NCBI GenBank assembly: GCA_964395115.1
Contig: CAYMZX010000003.1
Location: 14,111 to 78,110 of the forward strand
DNA length: 64,000 nucleotides
Reading direction: 5' to 3'
Origin: an uncultured Gammaproteobacteria bacterium
Lineage (GTDB): Bacteria > Patescibacteriota > Microgenomatia > UBA8517
In this document: piece after piece, positions 37,639-47,586 of the stretch
How positions within the stretch are numbered: the stretch's first letter is position 1
Layout of the letters: the number at the start of each line of letters is the position of its first letter
Notes under the pieces: model-generated
Database searches by the model: none
Seen by the model: the letters and a program-made list of their open reading frames with translations, nothing else
What the model was told of the DNA's origin: nothing
Translations under genes and position numbers: made by a program

Positions 37639-39054
37639 TTATCTCAGGCGAGGAAATAAAGGCTCCCCCAGTTTGATTCCAGGTCCACTAAACAGCTTTT
37701 CAATTTTTTCAGAAGTTTCCGGGAGAAAGGGTCTAAGTTGGTTGGCTAAACTTAAAATTTTTTTTACAAGATATCCCAAAACAGCATTCAGTTTTTTTTG
37801 GTTTTTTATCTTCCATGGCTCATTCTTGTCAATATATCGGTTAGCGAGAATTACTTGGCTATGAACATTATTAAGGACTCCATATAGGTCAAGATGTTCA
37901 ATATCTTCACAATAACGTGCGGGTATTTTTTTTGATTGAGATATCTTAATGTTCAAACCTTCACAAAGTTTAGCCACCCTGGAGACTAAATTGCCCAAAG
38001 CGTCGGCAAGATCGGCGTTGTATTTTGCATCGAATCTTTTTAATGAAATATCGCCGTCGTCCCCGAAGGGGTAGGCCGAAATTAACAAGTATCTTGCTCC
38101 ATCGACCCCATATCTATCAACTAATTGTTTGGGGGAAATGATATTTCCTAAGGACTTTGACATCTTTTGGCCATCGATAGTGAAGAATCCATGTGCAAAA
38201 ATTTTCTTCGGCAAATCTACCCCCGCGGCGATTAAAAGCGCTTGCCAAATTACTGCGTGGAACCAAAGAATGTCCTTACCGATTAAATGCAAATCTGCTG
38301 GCCAGAATTTTGTCTTTCCTTCCAAAAATTGGGTAGCCGAATAGTAATTTATTAAAGCATCAACCCAGACGTAAATTGTTTGAGACTTATCCCAGGGAAC
38401 AGGAATTCCCCAAGAAACGCCCCCTCTGGAGATAGAAATATCTTCGACCCTGCTTTTTAATCTGCCGATAACTTCATTTTTCCTCTCTTTGGGCAAGATT
38501 TCATATTCTTCCTCCTCAATTTTTCCTAAAACCTTTTTTGAAAGTTCAGAAAGCCTCAAGAAATAATTGTCCTCTTTCTGTTTTACCGGCTCCTTATTAG
38601 GATGAAGAAGGCAGCGCCCCCCAACAAGATCGCTTTCTGTCAAAAACTTCTCACAACCGATACAGTAAAGACCTTCATACGTTCCTTTATAGATATACCC
38701 TTTGTCGTAAATTTTTTGAAGAAGAGAAGTAACTATTTTTTCGTGTTTAGGATCTGTTGTCCTGATAAAGTAATCATAACTTATATTAAGGAGCCGCCAG
38801 GCATCTTTAAAACGTGAAGTAACTGAATCGGAAAATTCTTTGGGAGAAACCCCTTTCTCTTTGGCCGCTTGGCTAACTTTTTGGCCATGCTCATCTGTTC
38901 CGGTCAGGAAAAAGACGTTTTCTCTACCCAGTTTTTCCCGGTAATATCGGGCCAAAATGTCGGCGGCCAAAGTGGTATAGGCGTGTCCAATGTGCGGAAC
39001 GTCATTGACATAATAAATGGGTGTCGTAACAAAAAATTTCTTGTCCATAGGCAT
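37639..39054 (-). CDS. metG: Methionyl-tRNA synthetase (short form)
   Basis: PIYYVNDVPHIGHAYTTLAADILARY (HIGH motif) and KMSKSLGN. Confidence 0.92.
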   Translation of the reverse strand: MPMDKKFFVTTPIYYVNDVPHIGHAYTTLAADILARYYREKLGRENVFFLTGTDEHGQKVSQAAKEKGVSPKEFSDSVTSRFKDAWRLLNISYDYFIRTTDPKHEKIVTSLLQKIYDKGYIYKGTYEGLYCIGCEKFLTESDLVGGRCLLHPNKEPVKQKEDNYFLRLSELSKKVLGKIEEEEYEILPKERKNEVIGRLKSRVEDISISRGGVSWGIPVPWDKSQTIYVWVDALINYYSATQFLEGKTKFWPADLHLIGKDILWFHAVIWQALLIAAGVDLPKKIFAHGFFTIDGQKMSKSLGNIISPKQLVDRYGVDGARYLLISAYPFGDDGDISLKRFDAKYNADLADALGNLVSRVAKLCEGLNIKISQSKKIPARYCEDIEHLDLYGVLNNVHSQVILANRYIDKNEPWKIKNQKKLNAVLGYLVKKILSLANQLRPFLPETSEKIEKLFSGPGIKLGEPLFPRLR

Positions 39055-39080
39055 ATTTTACAGTTCTGAGAGAAGACTAT

Positions 39081-39434
39081 CTACTTCCTGACAAATTTTC
39101 GTATCTTTTCAGCCCAAACAGCGGCCCATTCCTCGGCCTCAATCTTTTGAAGAGCGAGTTTTAGCCCCGCCTTTTTCGTGAGGCCTTGGACAGAGGCGAT
39201 AGTGGCACTCGAAACTTTTAGATTTTGTTTTATGTTAGCATAGCTTCTCCCTTTTTTTAACCAATAAACGATCGCGAGTCTTTTGGCAAATGTTTCCAAT
39301 TCGTTTTGATTGAAAAAATCCTTCAGGAAAGTTTCCGCTTCCCCGAGATCTTTTAAGTCAGCAAGAGTTTGGGCAAAGGTTTTGACGATCTGGTTCTTTA
39401 AAGACGGATTTAGTTTTTGTTCGGAAATTCGCAT
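39081..39434 (-). CDS. TrpR-like/YerC-YecD family small DNA-binding protein
   Basis: 117 aa. ELETFAKRLAIVYWLKKGRSYANIKQNLKVSSATIASV has an HTH-like pattern. Confidence 0.5.
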   Translation of the reverse strand: MRISEQKLNPSLKNQIVKTFAQTLADLKDLGEAETFLKDFFNQNELETFAKRLAIVYWLKKGRSYANIKQNLKVSSATIASVQGLTKKAGLKLALQKIEAEEWAAVWAEKIRKFVRK

Positions 39435-39506
39435 TTGTTTGTTCGAATAAATTAGCAGAAGTATAACAATTAGGAAAACCTTGTCAACTCTCCGGAAATA
39501 ACGATC

Positions 39507-39842
39507 TTATTTATTGGAAAAGTAGAGCTCGATAGTTGCCACCAAGCCAAGAATAAGAACAAAATTTAAGAAATTTCCTATCCCCAAATAACGAAGAATA
39601 AGAAAAGTGATTAAGGCCATGGAGGCCAAAAATCCCCGCCGAGCGTGGGCAAATGCAAAGGAAAAAGTAAAAACAAGGGCCAGGAAAAGGATAAGAAGGA
39701 AAAGAGGAATTGCCCCAACCGTTTCTGGTTCAACAAAATAGATGATCAAAAAAATCAGTCCCCAAAGTACGACCGTTACCAAAAAAGCAGGAAGGACATT
39801 TTTCCTTAGCTTAATTTTTCTTTTTCGGTTCTCCTTTTTCAA
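39507..39842 (-). CDS. Small 3-TM membrane protein
   Basis: 111 aa, hydrophobic, with a basic N-terminus. Confidence 0.45.
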   Translation of the reverse strand: MKKENRKRKIKLRKNVLPAFLVTVVLWGLIFLIIYFVEPETVGAIPLFLLILFLALVFTFSFAFAHARRGFLASMALITFLILRYLGIGNFLNFVLILGLVATIELYFSNK

Positions 39843-39879
39843 CAGTTTTATTTTAACTGAATCCGATCTATAGTGTAAA

Positions 39880-40878
39880 ATGCTTACAATGGGTCCGCTG
39901 TTGATATTGGTAATTGTAATTTTGATTATTTGGTTACTTTTTATTAATAAAAAGCTTGCCGAGATAAAGGAAGCCCAGAAACCATCAGAGGAATTCTTGG
40001 AGAAGATAATAAAGATGCTTCAGACGGGCTCCAAGGAGGATCGAAAGGTCCTTCTAGAGTCTTTACAAAACAATACCCGGGCTCTCAATGAGAGACTTGA
40101 CAATGCGGCCAGAGTTATCTCCCAGGTTCAAAAAAATATCGGGGAAATGAGCGAAATAGGTCGAGGAATGAAAGACTTACAAGAATTTTTGACGAGTCCG
40201 AAATTAAGGGGAAACATAGGAGAACAAGTTCTAAAAGAACTCCTTAATCAATTTTTGCCTAAACAATCTTTTAATCTGCAGTACACCTTTAAAACAGGGG
40301 ATAAAGTTGATGCAGCCATAAAAACAGCCGCTGGGATTATCCCGGTCGACTCAAAATTTCCTATGGAAAATTTTCGAAAGATGATGGCGGCCCAAAGCGA
40401 TACTGAAAAAAGAGCTCATGAGCGGGAATTTGAAAGAGATGTTAAATCCCACATAGAAACAATCTCTAAAAAATATATCTTGACCGAAGAAGGGACGATT
40501 GATTATGCCCTAATGTATATTCCTTCGGAAGCGGTCTACTATGAAGTAGTCAATAATCCTTCCCTTTTCGAATACGCTGGAGACAAAAGGGTGTTGCCTG
40601 TTTCACCAACAACTTTTTATGCTTACCTACGGGCGATTCTGATGAGCTTTGAGGGCCAAAAGATAGAAGCCAAAACGAGGGAAATTTTGGCCGCCCTTCG
40701 GGCAATACAGAAGGATTACTCAAAGGTGGGAGACAATTTGACTATTCTTCAAAAACATTTAAACAATGCTTTCAATATGATGAACTCGGTCGTTGACTCA
40801 TTCGGTCGGCTAGGGCAAAAGATTATTTCTACAAGGGCCCTTGGACCATCGGAAGTGCCTAAAAAACTGGACGGGTAA
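39880..40878 (+). CDS. rmuC: DNA recombination protein RmuC
   Basis: N-terminal TM, a coiled coil, and the RmuC C-terminal block (LRGNIGEQVLKELL...VPSEAVYYEV). Confidence 0.75.
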   Translation: MLTMGPLLILVIVILIIWLLFINKKLAEIKEAQKPSEEFLEKIIKMLQTGSKEDRKVLLESLQNNTRALNERLDNAARVISQVQKNIGEMSEIGRGMKDLQEFLTSPKLRGNIGEQVLKELLNQFLPKQSFNLQYTFKTGDKVDAAIKTAAGIIPVDSKFPMENFRKMMAAQSDTEKRAHEREFERDVKSHIETISKKYILTEEGTIDYALMYIPSEAVYYEVVNNPSLFEYAGDKRVLPVSPTTFYAYLRAILMSFEGQKIEAKTREILAALRAIQKDYSKVGDNLTILQKHLNNAFNMMNSVVDSFGRLGQKIISTRALGPSEVPKKLDG

Positions 40879-40917
40879 TTTTTCCCCCATTCATTTTATT
40901 TCTGATACAATTACCTC

Positions 40918-43821
40918 GTGATAAAAGATAACAGCCAATTGAAACTTAACAGAGGACAGTGGGCAGCGATCAAATACGGCAAAGGACCTCTCTTGATTAT
41001 TGCCGGAGCCGGGACTGGAAAGACAACGGTCATTACCGAGCGGATTAAATACCTAATCCTATCCAAGTTGGCAAAACCGGATGAAATCTTGGCTCTGACC
41101 TTCACCGAGAAAGCAGCCCGGGAAATGGAGGAAAGAGTCGACGTGGCCATGCCTTATGGCTATACCCAGATGTGGATTTCTACCTTCCATTCCTTTTGCG
41201 ATCGGATACTTCGGAGAGAGGCGTTCCATATCGGACTTGATCCGAAATACAAGTTAGCTTCTGAAGCAGAAACTGTACAGTTTGTTCGAAACAACTTGTT
41301 TGCCTTTGACTTAAATTATTTTAGGCCCTTGGGCAATCCCACGAAATTTATTACCGGAATGCTTCAGCATTTTTCTAGACTTCAAGACGAAGACGTTAGT
41401 CCCGACGAATATCTGTCTTATGCCAAGAATCTTAAAAGAGTCGAAAAAGAAGAAAAAGAAAAAACACTAGAACTGGCTCGGGCCTACAAAAAGTATGACG
41501 AATTGAAAACAAAAGAGGGAATTATGGATTTCGGAGATTTAATAGTTAAGACCCTTCTGCTTTTTCGAAAAAGACCCAACGTTTTAAAAACATACCAAGA
41601 ACAATTCAAATATATTCTTGTTGATGAATTCCAAGATACAAATTACGCCCAAAACGAGTTAGCGATTTTACTTTCGAAGAAAACGAAAAATTTAACTGTT
41701 TGTGGAGATGATGACCAATCTATTTATCGATTCAGAGGGGCGGCCGTTTCTAACATCCTCCAATTTAGAAAAAACTTTGCCAGAGCCAAGGTCGTCGTTT
41801 TAACAAAGAACTATCGATCTACTCAGGAAATTTTGGATAGAGCCTATGAACTTATCCAACACAATAATCCGGATAGGCTTGAGGCGATGGAAAAGATTAA
41901 TAAACACCTTGCTTCGCAAAGAGGGATTAAAGGAGAGGAGATAATTCTTATACACGCCGATAGGGTTGAGAACGAAGCGGACGAGGTGGCACAAAAAATA
42001 GAGGAACTGAAGAAGCAAGAAGGATATGATTGGAATGATTTTGCCATTTTGGTCCGGGCAAATAATCACGCTGAACCCTTCAGCCGGGCTCTTGCCCGCA
42101 GGGGAATTCCTTATCAGTTTTTAGGCCCAGGAAGGCTATTTAAACAACCCGAAATCATCGACCTGATCTCTTATTTGAGGATTCTTTATAACATTGAAGA
42201 TTCGGTGGCTCTTTATCGACTTTTATCGCTTGAATATTTCGGAATCCCCGCTCGCGATCTGGCCGCCATTGGTAGCTATGCCAAGCGCTTAAACAAAACG
42301 CTTTTTGAGGCCTGCGAAAAAATACAAGATATTTTTGTAGAGCCAAAAACCAGAGAGAAAATCAAAAAGATTTTAGAAATTATTGAAAAACACCTGAAAC
42401 TTACCAGAAAAGAAACGGCTGGACAACTTCTCTATTATTTCCTTCAGGATACAGGACTTTTACAGAAACTTCTTTCCCCAGAAAGCGGGGAAGCAGAAAA
42501 GCGCGCCGCTAATATTTCTAAGTTTTTTGATAAATTAAAAACCTACGAAGCAGATCACGAGGATGCCACTGTTCCGGCGGTGGTAGACTGGCTGGAATTA
42601 TCTTCCGAATTAGGGGAGTCTCCCTTGGCGGCCGATTCTGATTGGACCCGGGTTAATGCAGTCAATATTCTAACAGTCCACTCCTCAAAAGGTTTGGAAT
42701 TCCCGGTTGTGTTTTTGGTAAATTTGGTCGCCCAAAGATTTCCAACGGTTGAGCGAAGGGAACAAATTCCGATTCCCGAGGCGATGATAAAGGAGATTTT
42801 GCCGGTTGGGGATTATCATCTCGAGGAGGAAAGGAGACTTTTTTATGTGGGAATAACCAGGGCGATGGATAGGGTTATCTTTAGCGCCGCCGATTATTAT
42901 GGTGAAGGAAAAAGAGAAAAACGTCTTTCCCCTTTTATTTTCGAAGCCCTTGGGGAAAAAGCTGTTTCTTCGGAATTGACGACGACAAGCCATAAACAGC
43001 TAACATTTCTTGACTTCGCAACTTCCAGAGAAAAACAAGAGCCCTCCTTTAAGAGACTGCCATTTCATATCGACTATCTTTCTTATTCCCAAATTGAAAC
43101 CTTTAGGACTTGTCCCCTTCATTACAAACTGAAATATATTTTTAAGGTTCCCACCCCACCCTCGGCCGCCCAAAGTTTTGGAACGACGATTCACGCCGTT
43201 CTTAGGAACTTTTATCTGGCTGTAAAATCCGGAGAAAAACCAACAGAAAAGCTTCTTTACCGATTATTAGAAGAGAATTGGACAAGCGAAGGATTTTCCT
43301 CGAAAGTTCATGAGAAAAAATTCTTTGAAAAAGGGAAACTTTATCTGGCTGGTTTCCTGAAGCAAGAATTCAACCCCCGAAATTTACCAGTATTAATGGA
43401 GGAACCTTTTAACATTTTCCTCGATGATAAAAAAGAAAAAGGATTGAGAATTGGAGGAAAAATAGACAGAGTCGATTGTTTCCCCGATGGAACAATCGAG
43501 ATAATTGATTACAAAACCGGGGCGACGATACCCAGCCAAAAAGAAGTGGATCAAGATCTTCAACTTTCCTTTTATGCACTGGCAGCAACCAATATTCCTT
43601 ATGAACCCTTCGCTAAAAAACCCGAGCAAGCTAGGCTTTCTTTATATTTTCTGGATCAACAAGAGAAATTGACGACTACCAGGACGGCCAAGCAGCTGGA
43701 GGAGGCGGTAAAGGAAATTTTTAAAATTCGCAAAGAAATAGAAAAGTCAGATTTTAAATGTTCCCAGAATATTATTTGCGAGAAATGTGAATACTCGCTT
43801 CTTTGTCGAGCCAGTTTATAG
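40918..43821 (+). CDS. UvrD-family helicase fused to a C-terminal PD-(D/E)xK nuclease with a Cas4/AddB-type 4-Cys (Fe-S) cluster
   Basis: Walker A IIAGAGTGKTTVI. The helicase motifs run through ~650 aa. C-terminal cysteines: CPLHYK ... C-x5-C-x2-C-x5-C (KCSQNIICEKCEYSLLC). Confidence 0.8.
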   Translation: MIKDNSQLKLNRGQWAAIKYGKGPLLIIAGAGTGKTTVITERIKYLILSKLAKPDEILALTFTEKAAREMEERVDVAMPYGYTQMWISTFHSFCDRILRREAFHIGLDPKYKLASEAETVQFVRNNLFAFDLNYFRPLGNPTKFITGMLQHFSRLQDEDVSPDEYLSYAKNLKRVEKEEKEKTLELARAYKKYDELKTKEGIMDFGDLIVKTLLLFRKRPNVLKTYQEQFKYILVDEFQDTNYAQNELAILLSKKTKNLTVCGDDDQSIYRFRGAAVSNILQFRKNFARAKVVVLTKNYRSTQEILDRAYELIQHNNPDRLEAMEKINKHLASQRGIKGEEIILIHADRVENEADEVAQKIEELKKQEGYDWNDFAILVRANNHAEPFSRALARRGIPYQFLGPGRLFKQPEIIDLISYLRILYNIEDSVALYRLLSLEYFGIPARDLAAIGSYAKRLNKTLFEACEKIQDIFVEPKTREKIKKILEIIEKHLKLTRKETAGQLLYYFLQDTGLLQKLLSPESGEAEKRAANISKFFDKLKTYEADHEDATVPAVVDWLELSSELGESPLAADSDWTRVNAVNILTVHSSKGLEFPVVFLVNLVAQRFPTVERREQIPIPEAMIKEILPVGDYHLEEERRLFYVGITRAMDRVIFSAADYYGEGKREKRLSPFIFEALGEKAVSSELTTTSHKQLTFLDFATSREKQEPSFKRLPFHIDYLSYSQIETFRTCPLHYKLKYIFKVPTPPSAAQSFGTTIHAVLRNFYLAVKSGEKPTEKLLYRLLEENWTSEGFSSKVHEKKFFEKGKLYLAGFLKQEFNPRNLPVLMEEPFNIFLDDKKEKGLRIGGKIDRVDCFPDGTIEIIDYKTGATIPSQKEVDQDLQLSFYALAATNIPYEPFAKKPEQARLSLYFLDQQEKLTTTRTAKQLEEAVKEIFKIRKEIEKSDFKCSQNIICEKCEYSLLCRASL

Positions 43822-44670
43822 TTTTCGAAAAGGCAAAAGGTTTTTAATAAAAGTCCCGGGATATTCGACCTCATAGCCGCAAAAACTCTTCTTAAAATGG
43901 GTAAAACCCAACCAAGATTTATTAGGAAAGCGCTCGTCGTAAATCCCTTCAAAGTCAAACACCCTGGCGCCCATTTTTTTTGCCCAAAGAAGCCCCTCCC
44001 AAACGATTTTGTATTGAGCCAAGTTTTGCCTCCCCCCTTTTGAGGTGAAAGACTGCCAGTAATAAGCAACCGAATCGGCCAGTAAAAATATGGCGCCAGA
44101 CGACATTTCTTTGGTTGTCAGAAAAAAAGATTTCTTTTTGAAAGACTTTTTAAGTCGTATCAGGTGGTCCAGACTGGGGACGTATCTTTTTAGGCCAACA
44201 GCCTTTTTCCAAGCATTCCTAAAATCTTTTATTTCTTTCTCGATTTCTTTCTCGCAAGTTTCTAACTTGTTGGTTTTTCTAATTGCCAGCCGGGTTTCTT
44301 TCTTCAGTTTCCTAAAAATTTTTCTTTTTGACCGAGTCAAATCTATCTGCAAAGTTTTGGTGGGGAGAAAAGGGTTTTTGCTTGACTTAAAACCGACAGA
44401 GCTCAAGAATCGAGCATCCAGTTGGGTTTTCGGCTCGATAATTATCTGGAGGGCACGGTACTTTCTGGCTAACTCTCTGATTTTTTGAATTCTTATCTCT
44501 TCCGGTCTTTGTATTTTTATAATCGACCCGACAAGAAAAAGCTTTTTTATAAGCGGAGCTCGCAAAGCCAAAGGCTTTATGAAGTAATTTATTCCGGCGA
44601 ATCTCTCTACTTGCCAACCAATCTTTGATAAATAATTTGCGTAATCGATTGTCTGACGAATATCATTCAT
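43816..44670 (-). CDS. FemAB-family (peptidoglycan interpeptide aminoacyltransferase-like) protein
   Basis: C-terminal YYWQSFTSKGGRQNLAQYKIVWEGLLWAKKMGARVFDFEGI matches the FemAB C-terminal block. Confidence 0.6.
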   Translation of the reverse strand: MNDIRQTIDYANYLSKIGWQVERFAGINYFIKPLALRAPLIKKLFLVGSIIKIQRPEEIRIQKIRELARKYRALQIIIEPKTQLDARFLSSVGFKSSKNPFLPTKTLQIDLTRSKRKIFRKLKKETRLAIRKTNKLETCEKEIEKEIKDFRNAWKKAVGLKRYVPSLDHLIRLKKSFKKKSFFLTTKEMSSGAIFLLADSVAYYWQSFTSKGGRQNLAQYKIVWEGLLWAKKMGARVFDFEGIYDERFPNKSWLGFTHFKKSFCGYEVEYPGTFIKNLLPFRKL

Positions 44671-44671
44671 T

Positions 44672-45688
44672 TTAAAAACTCGGTTTAAAAAATCTGCTCT
44701 TGGCTTTTAAGATTAACCAGCGAATAAATTCTAACAGACGGTAAAACCGGTAGAGAGGGCTGGTTATCAAATCCCAGGTTCCCAAAAACTCGACGACTTC
44801 CGGATTGTAACCTTCTTTAAATCGGGTGAACCCCTTTCCTTCTTCTCGACCCCAAAGGTCAAATGTGGTCAAGCCCAAGGACTTGCCGAAACGGATTGCT
44901 TCCCACATCATCAAGTTATTGGCCATCACTTTTTTGTGTTCTTCGGTAGAGGCTCCATAGGGATAATAGAGGAAGTTGTGCCAGGTAAAAATAATCCAAG
45001 CGGAGATGATCCTTCCTTTATATTTGGCGCAAAGTAAATGGGCGATACCGGCCTTTTTTAAAGTTTCCCACATCAGGCGGTGGTAGCGCTCGGTATGGGC
45101 ATAAAATCGCTGGCGGGCAACTGTCTCCCGAGTAAGCTCGAGATATTTTTCAAAGGCCCTGTCCGAATTATCCTCGTCGACTTCGACCCCGTTTTTCTGG
45201 GCAACCTTGATGTTGTAACGGGTCTTGGGGTGAAATGAAATCAGAAGTTCTTCCTCGGTTTTTCTTAGATCTATCCAAAAAGAGGATGGCGTAAAAAGAT
45301 TTTTTCCAGGAACGGCTCCATGGCGTTTTAAAAGGGAAATAAGCTTTTCGCTTTTTTTTACATTAGGCTCCATTTTGATAAAAAGCAGATTTTTCTTTTT
45401 GGCGAAGCTTTTTAGAAATTCTAGCGTTTCTTTGTTGGGTTCCTGCCCCTTGATAAACATGCCGATTTTACAATTCGTTAAGGGGATTCGATGGAGAGTC
45501 AGTTGTATGGCTTCAATTAGTTTATCTCCTTCAAATCTTCCAAATCTGACAACTTCGTTGCCGGTCTTTTTCCTAAATTCGCCCCATTCCCAAGATTGGA
45601 GGGGGTGGATGGTTACCTCATTGAAAGCATCCTTTTCGGATTCAGAAACTTCTTTGATGGCCATGAGCCTTATTTGATATTGTAGCAC
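44672..45688 (-). CDS. FemAB-family aminoacyltransferase
   Basis: 338 aa with FemAB-like N- and C-terminal blocks (LMWEAIRFGKSLGLTTFDLWG). Confidence 0.7.
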   Translation of the reverse strand: MLQYQIRLMAIKEVSESEKDAFNEVTIHPLQSWEWGEFRKKTGNEVVRFGRFEGDKLIEAIQLTLHRIPLTNCKIGMFIKGQEPNKETLEFLKSFAKKKNLLFIKMEPNVKKSEKLISLLKRHGAVPGKNLFTPSSFWIDLRKTEEELLISFHPKTRYNIKVAQKNGVEVDEDNSDRAFEKYLELTRETVARQRFYAHTERYHRLMWETLKKAGIAHLLCAKYKGRIISAWIIFTWHNFLYYPYGASTEEHKKVMANNLMMWEAIRFGKSLGLTTFDLWGREEGKGFTRFKEGYNPEVVEFLGTWDLITSPLYRFYRLLEFIRWLILKAKSRFFKPSF

Positions 45689-45717
45689 GCCTAATGGTCA
45701 GTAAATTTACCGCCGTT

Positions 45718-47586
45718 TCAATCGCGGATGTATTTTTTGAGGATATGATCAAAACTTAAAAAATCAGGGTTGCCCACATCATTTTTTGTTGAACTCGAGA
45801 TTTTTTCCTCGAGCAATTCTTCCGGGATATCGAGAATAAACCTTGAAGGAGGATTGGAAATTTTTTCGCCGAAGTAAAGACGCCTAGTCGCATAAGATAA
45901 ATATAAAAGCTCTTTGGCGCGAGTCATACCTACATAAGCCAGACGCCTTTCTTCTTCCAACTCGTTGATATCAAAAAGACTGCGAGAGTGGGGAAAAATC
46001 CCTTCTTCCATTCCGACAATAATAACAACCGGAAATTCTAGCCCCTTGGCGGCATGGAGAGTCATCAAAGTCATCCGACCGTGATCGTTGTGCCCGGGCT
46101 TTTCCGGCTGACTGGCGCCTTCCTCGATTAACGCCACCTTTTCTAGAAAGTCATAAATGTTGGGAAATTCGGTGGCTACCGAGCGAAGCTCTTTTATATT
46201 TTCCAATCTGGCTAAATTTCCTTCGGTTTTCTTTTTGTATAAAGAAAGATAGTCCGTTTTTTGGAGAACTTTGTCCAAGAAGTCAAGGGTTGATAAAGAC
46301 TTATCTTTGAATTCTCTTTTAAATTCCATAAATTTTTCATAACGCTTTTTGCCCATTTTTTTGATTCTTCTATAAGAAACTGAATCGTGGCTATTCACCA
46401 AACCCCTAAGAAAAGAAAGAACATCCTTTATCTCTTTGCGCTCGTAAAATCTTGTGCCGCCAACCAGAACATAGGGGATTCCGGAACGAAGTAGGGCCTC
46501 TTCCAAGACGCGAGATTGGGCATTGGTTCGATACAACACTGCGATATCTTTGAAGCAATAACGGCTTAGGACAAGTGAAGAAATCTCATTGACCACAAAT
46601 AAGGCTTCGTCTGAACCGTTTTTGGCGCGGTAAAGTTTTATTCTTTCTCCGGGAAGATTCCGCGTCCAAAGTTTCAGGATTGGATGGGATTTATTTTTGG
46701 AGATAACTGAATTGGCAGCGGAGAGAATGTTTTGGGTTGAACGATAATTCTGTTCCAGATTTATCACCTTTATTCCAGGAAAATCCCTCATTAAATAGGT
46801 AATATTTTTAAAGTCGGCGCCTCGCCAACTATAAATTGATTGAGAAGCGTCTCCAACAGCGGTGATATTTTTGTCCTTATCGGCCAGAAGCCTAGTTAAA
46901 ACATATTGAATTTTATTTGTGTCTTGCCACTCGTCGATGAAAATGTGAGTTAGTCTGTTTTGCCAGTTAACTAGGACTTTAGGACTCTCTTTTAAAAGTT
47001 TTACTGCTTGGAGAAGTAAATCGTCAAAATCCAAGGCCCCTGCCTTTTTTAAAGCCCTTTCATATTCAGTATAAATTTTTAGGAATAACTTTTGTGAATC
47101 GTTTGTTGCGAGATCGGCATACTGACTGGCAGAAAGCATCTGGTTTTTGGTTTCGGATATTTGGGCAACGAAAGAAGCGGGACTGGATGACTTTGAAAGG
47201 TCTAATCCATTGAGGATTTGTTTAATCACCTCTTTTTGATCTTCCTCGTCGTAGATTAAAAAGTCAGGATAAATCCCTATTTCTCGGCCATCAATTCTTA
47301 AAATTTTTGCGCAGAATGAGTGGAATGTTCCAGAAAAAGGAGGCGGAAATTTAGTCAGTCGGGCAATTCTTTCTTTCATTTCGTCGGCAGCCTTGTTAGT
47401 GAAAGTAAGAAGGAGAGCGTTTTGAGGTTGGAGTTTATTTTTGGCGATAAAATAGGCGACGCGGTAGGTGAGAACTTTAGTTTTCCCGCTGCCCGCCCCG
47501 GCCAGAATTAGTAAGGGTCCTCCATCGTAGGTCACTGCCCTTTTTTGCTGTTCATTTAGACCGCAAAGAAGATTATGGAGAGCCAT
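45718..47586 (-). CDS. pcrA: UvrD/PcrA-type DNA helicase (short, 622 aa)
   Basis: LNEQQKRAVTYDGGPLLILAGAGSGKTKVLTYRVAY, a DEWQDT motif II and the remaining SF1 motifs. Confidence 0.85.
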   Translation of the reverse strand: MALHNLLCGLNEQQKRAVTYDGGPLLILAGAGSGKTKVLTYRVAYFIAKNKLQPQNALLLTFTNKAADEMKERIARLTKFPPPFSGTFHSFCAKILRIDGREIGIYPDFLIYDEEDQKEVIKQILNGLDLSKSSSPASFVAQISETKNQMLSASQYADLATNDSQKLFLKIYTEYERALKKAGALDFDDLLLQAVKLLKESPKVLVNWQNRLTHIFIDEWQDTNKIQYVLTRLLADKDKNITAVGDASQSIYSWRGADFKNITYLMRDFPGIKVINLEQNYRSTQNILSAANSVISKNKSHPILKLWTRNLPGERIKLYRAKNGSDEALFVVNEISSLVLSRYCFKDIAVLYRTNAQSRVLEEALLRSGIPYVLVGGTRFYERKEIKDVLSFLRGLVNSHDSVSYRRIKKMGKKRYEKFMEFKREFKDKSLSTLDFLDKVLQKTDYLSLYKKKTEGNLARLENIKELRSVATEFPNIYDFLEKVALIEEGASQPEKPGHNDHGRMTLMTLHAAKGLEFPVVIIVGMEEGIFPHSRSLFDINELEEERRLAYVGMTRAKELLYLSYATRRLYFGEKISNPPSRFILDIPEELLEEKISSSTKNDVGNPDFLSFDHILKKYIRD

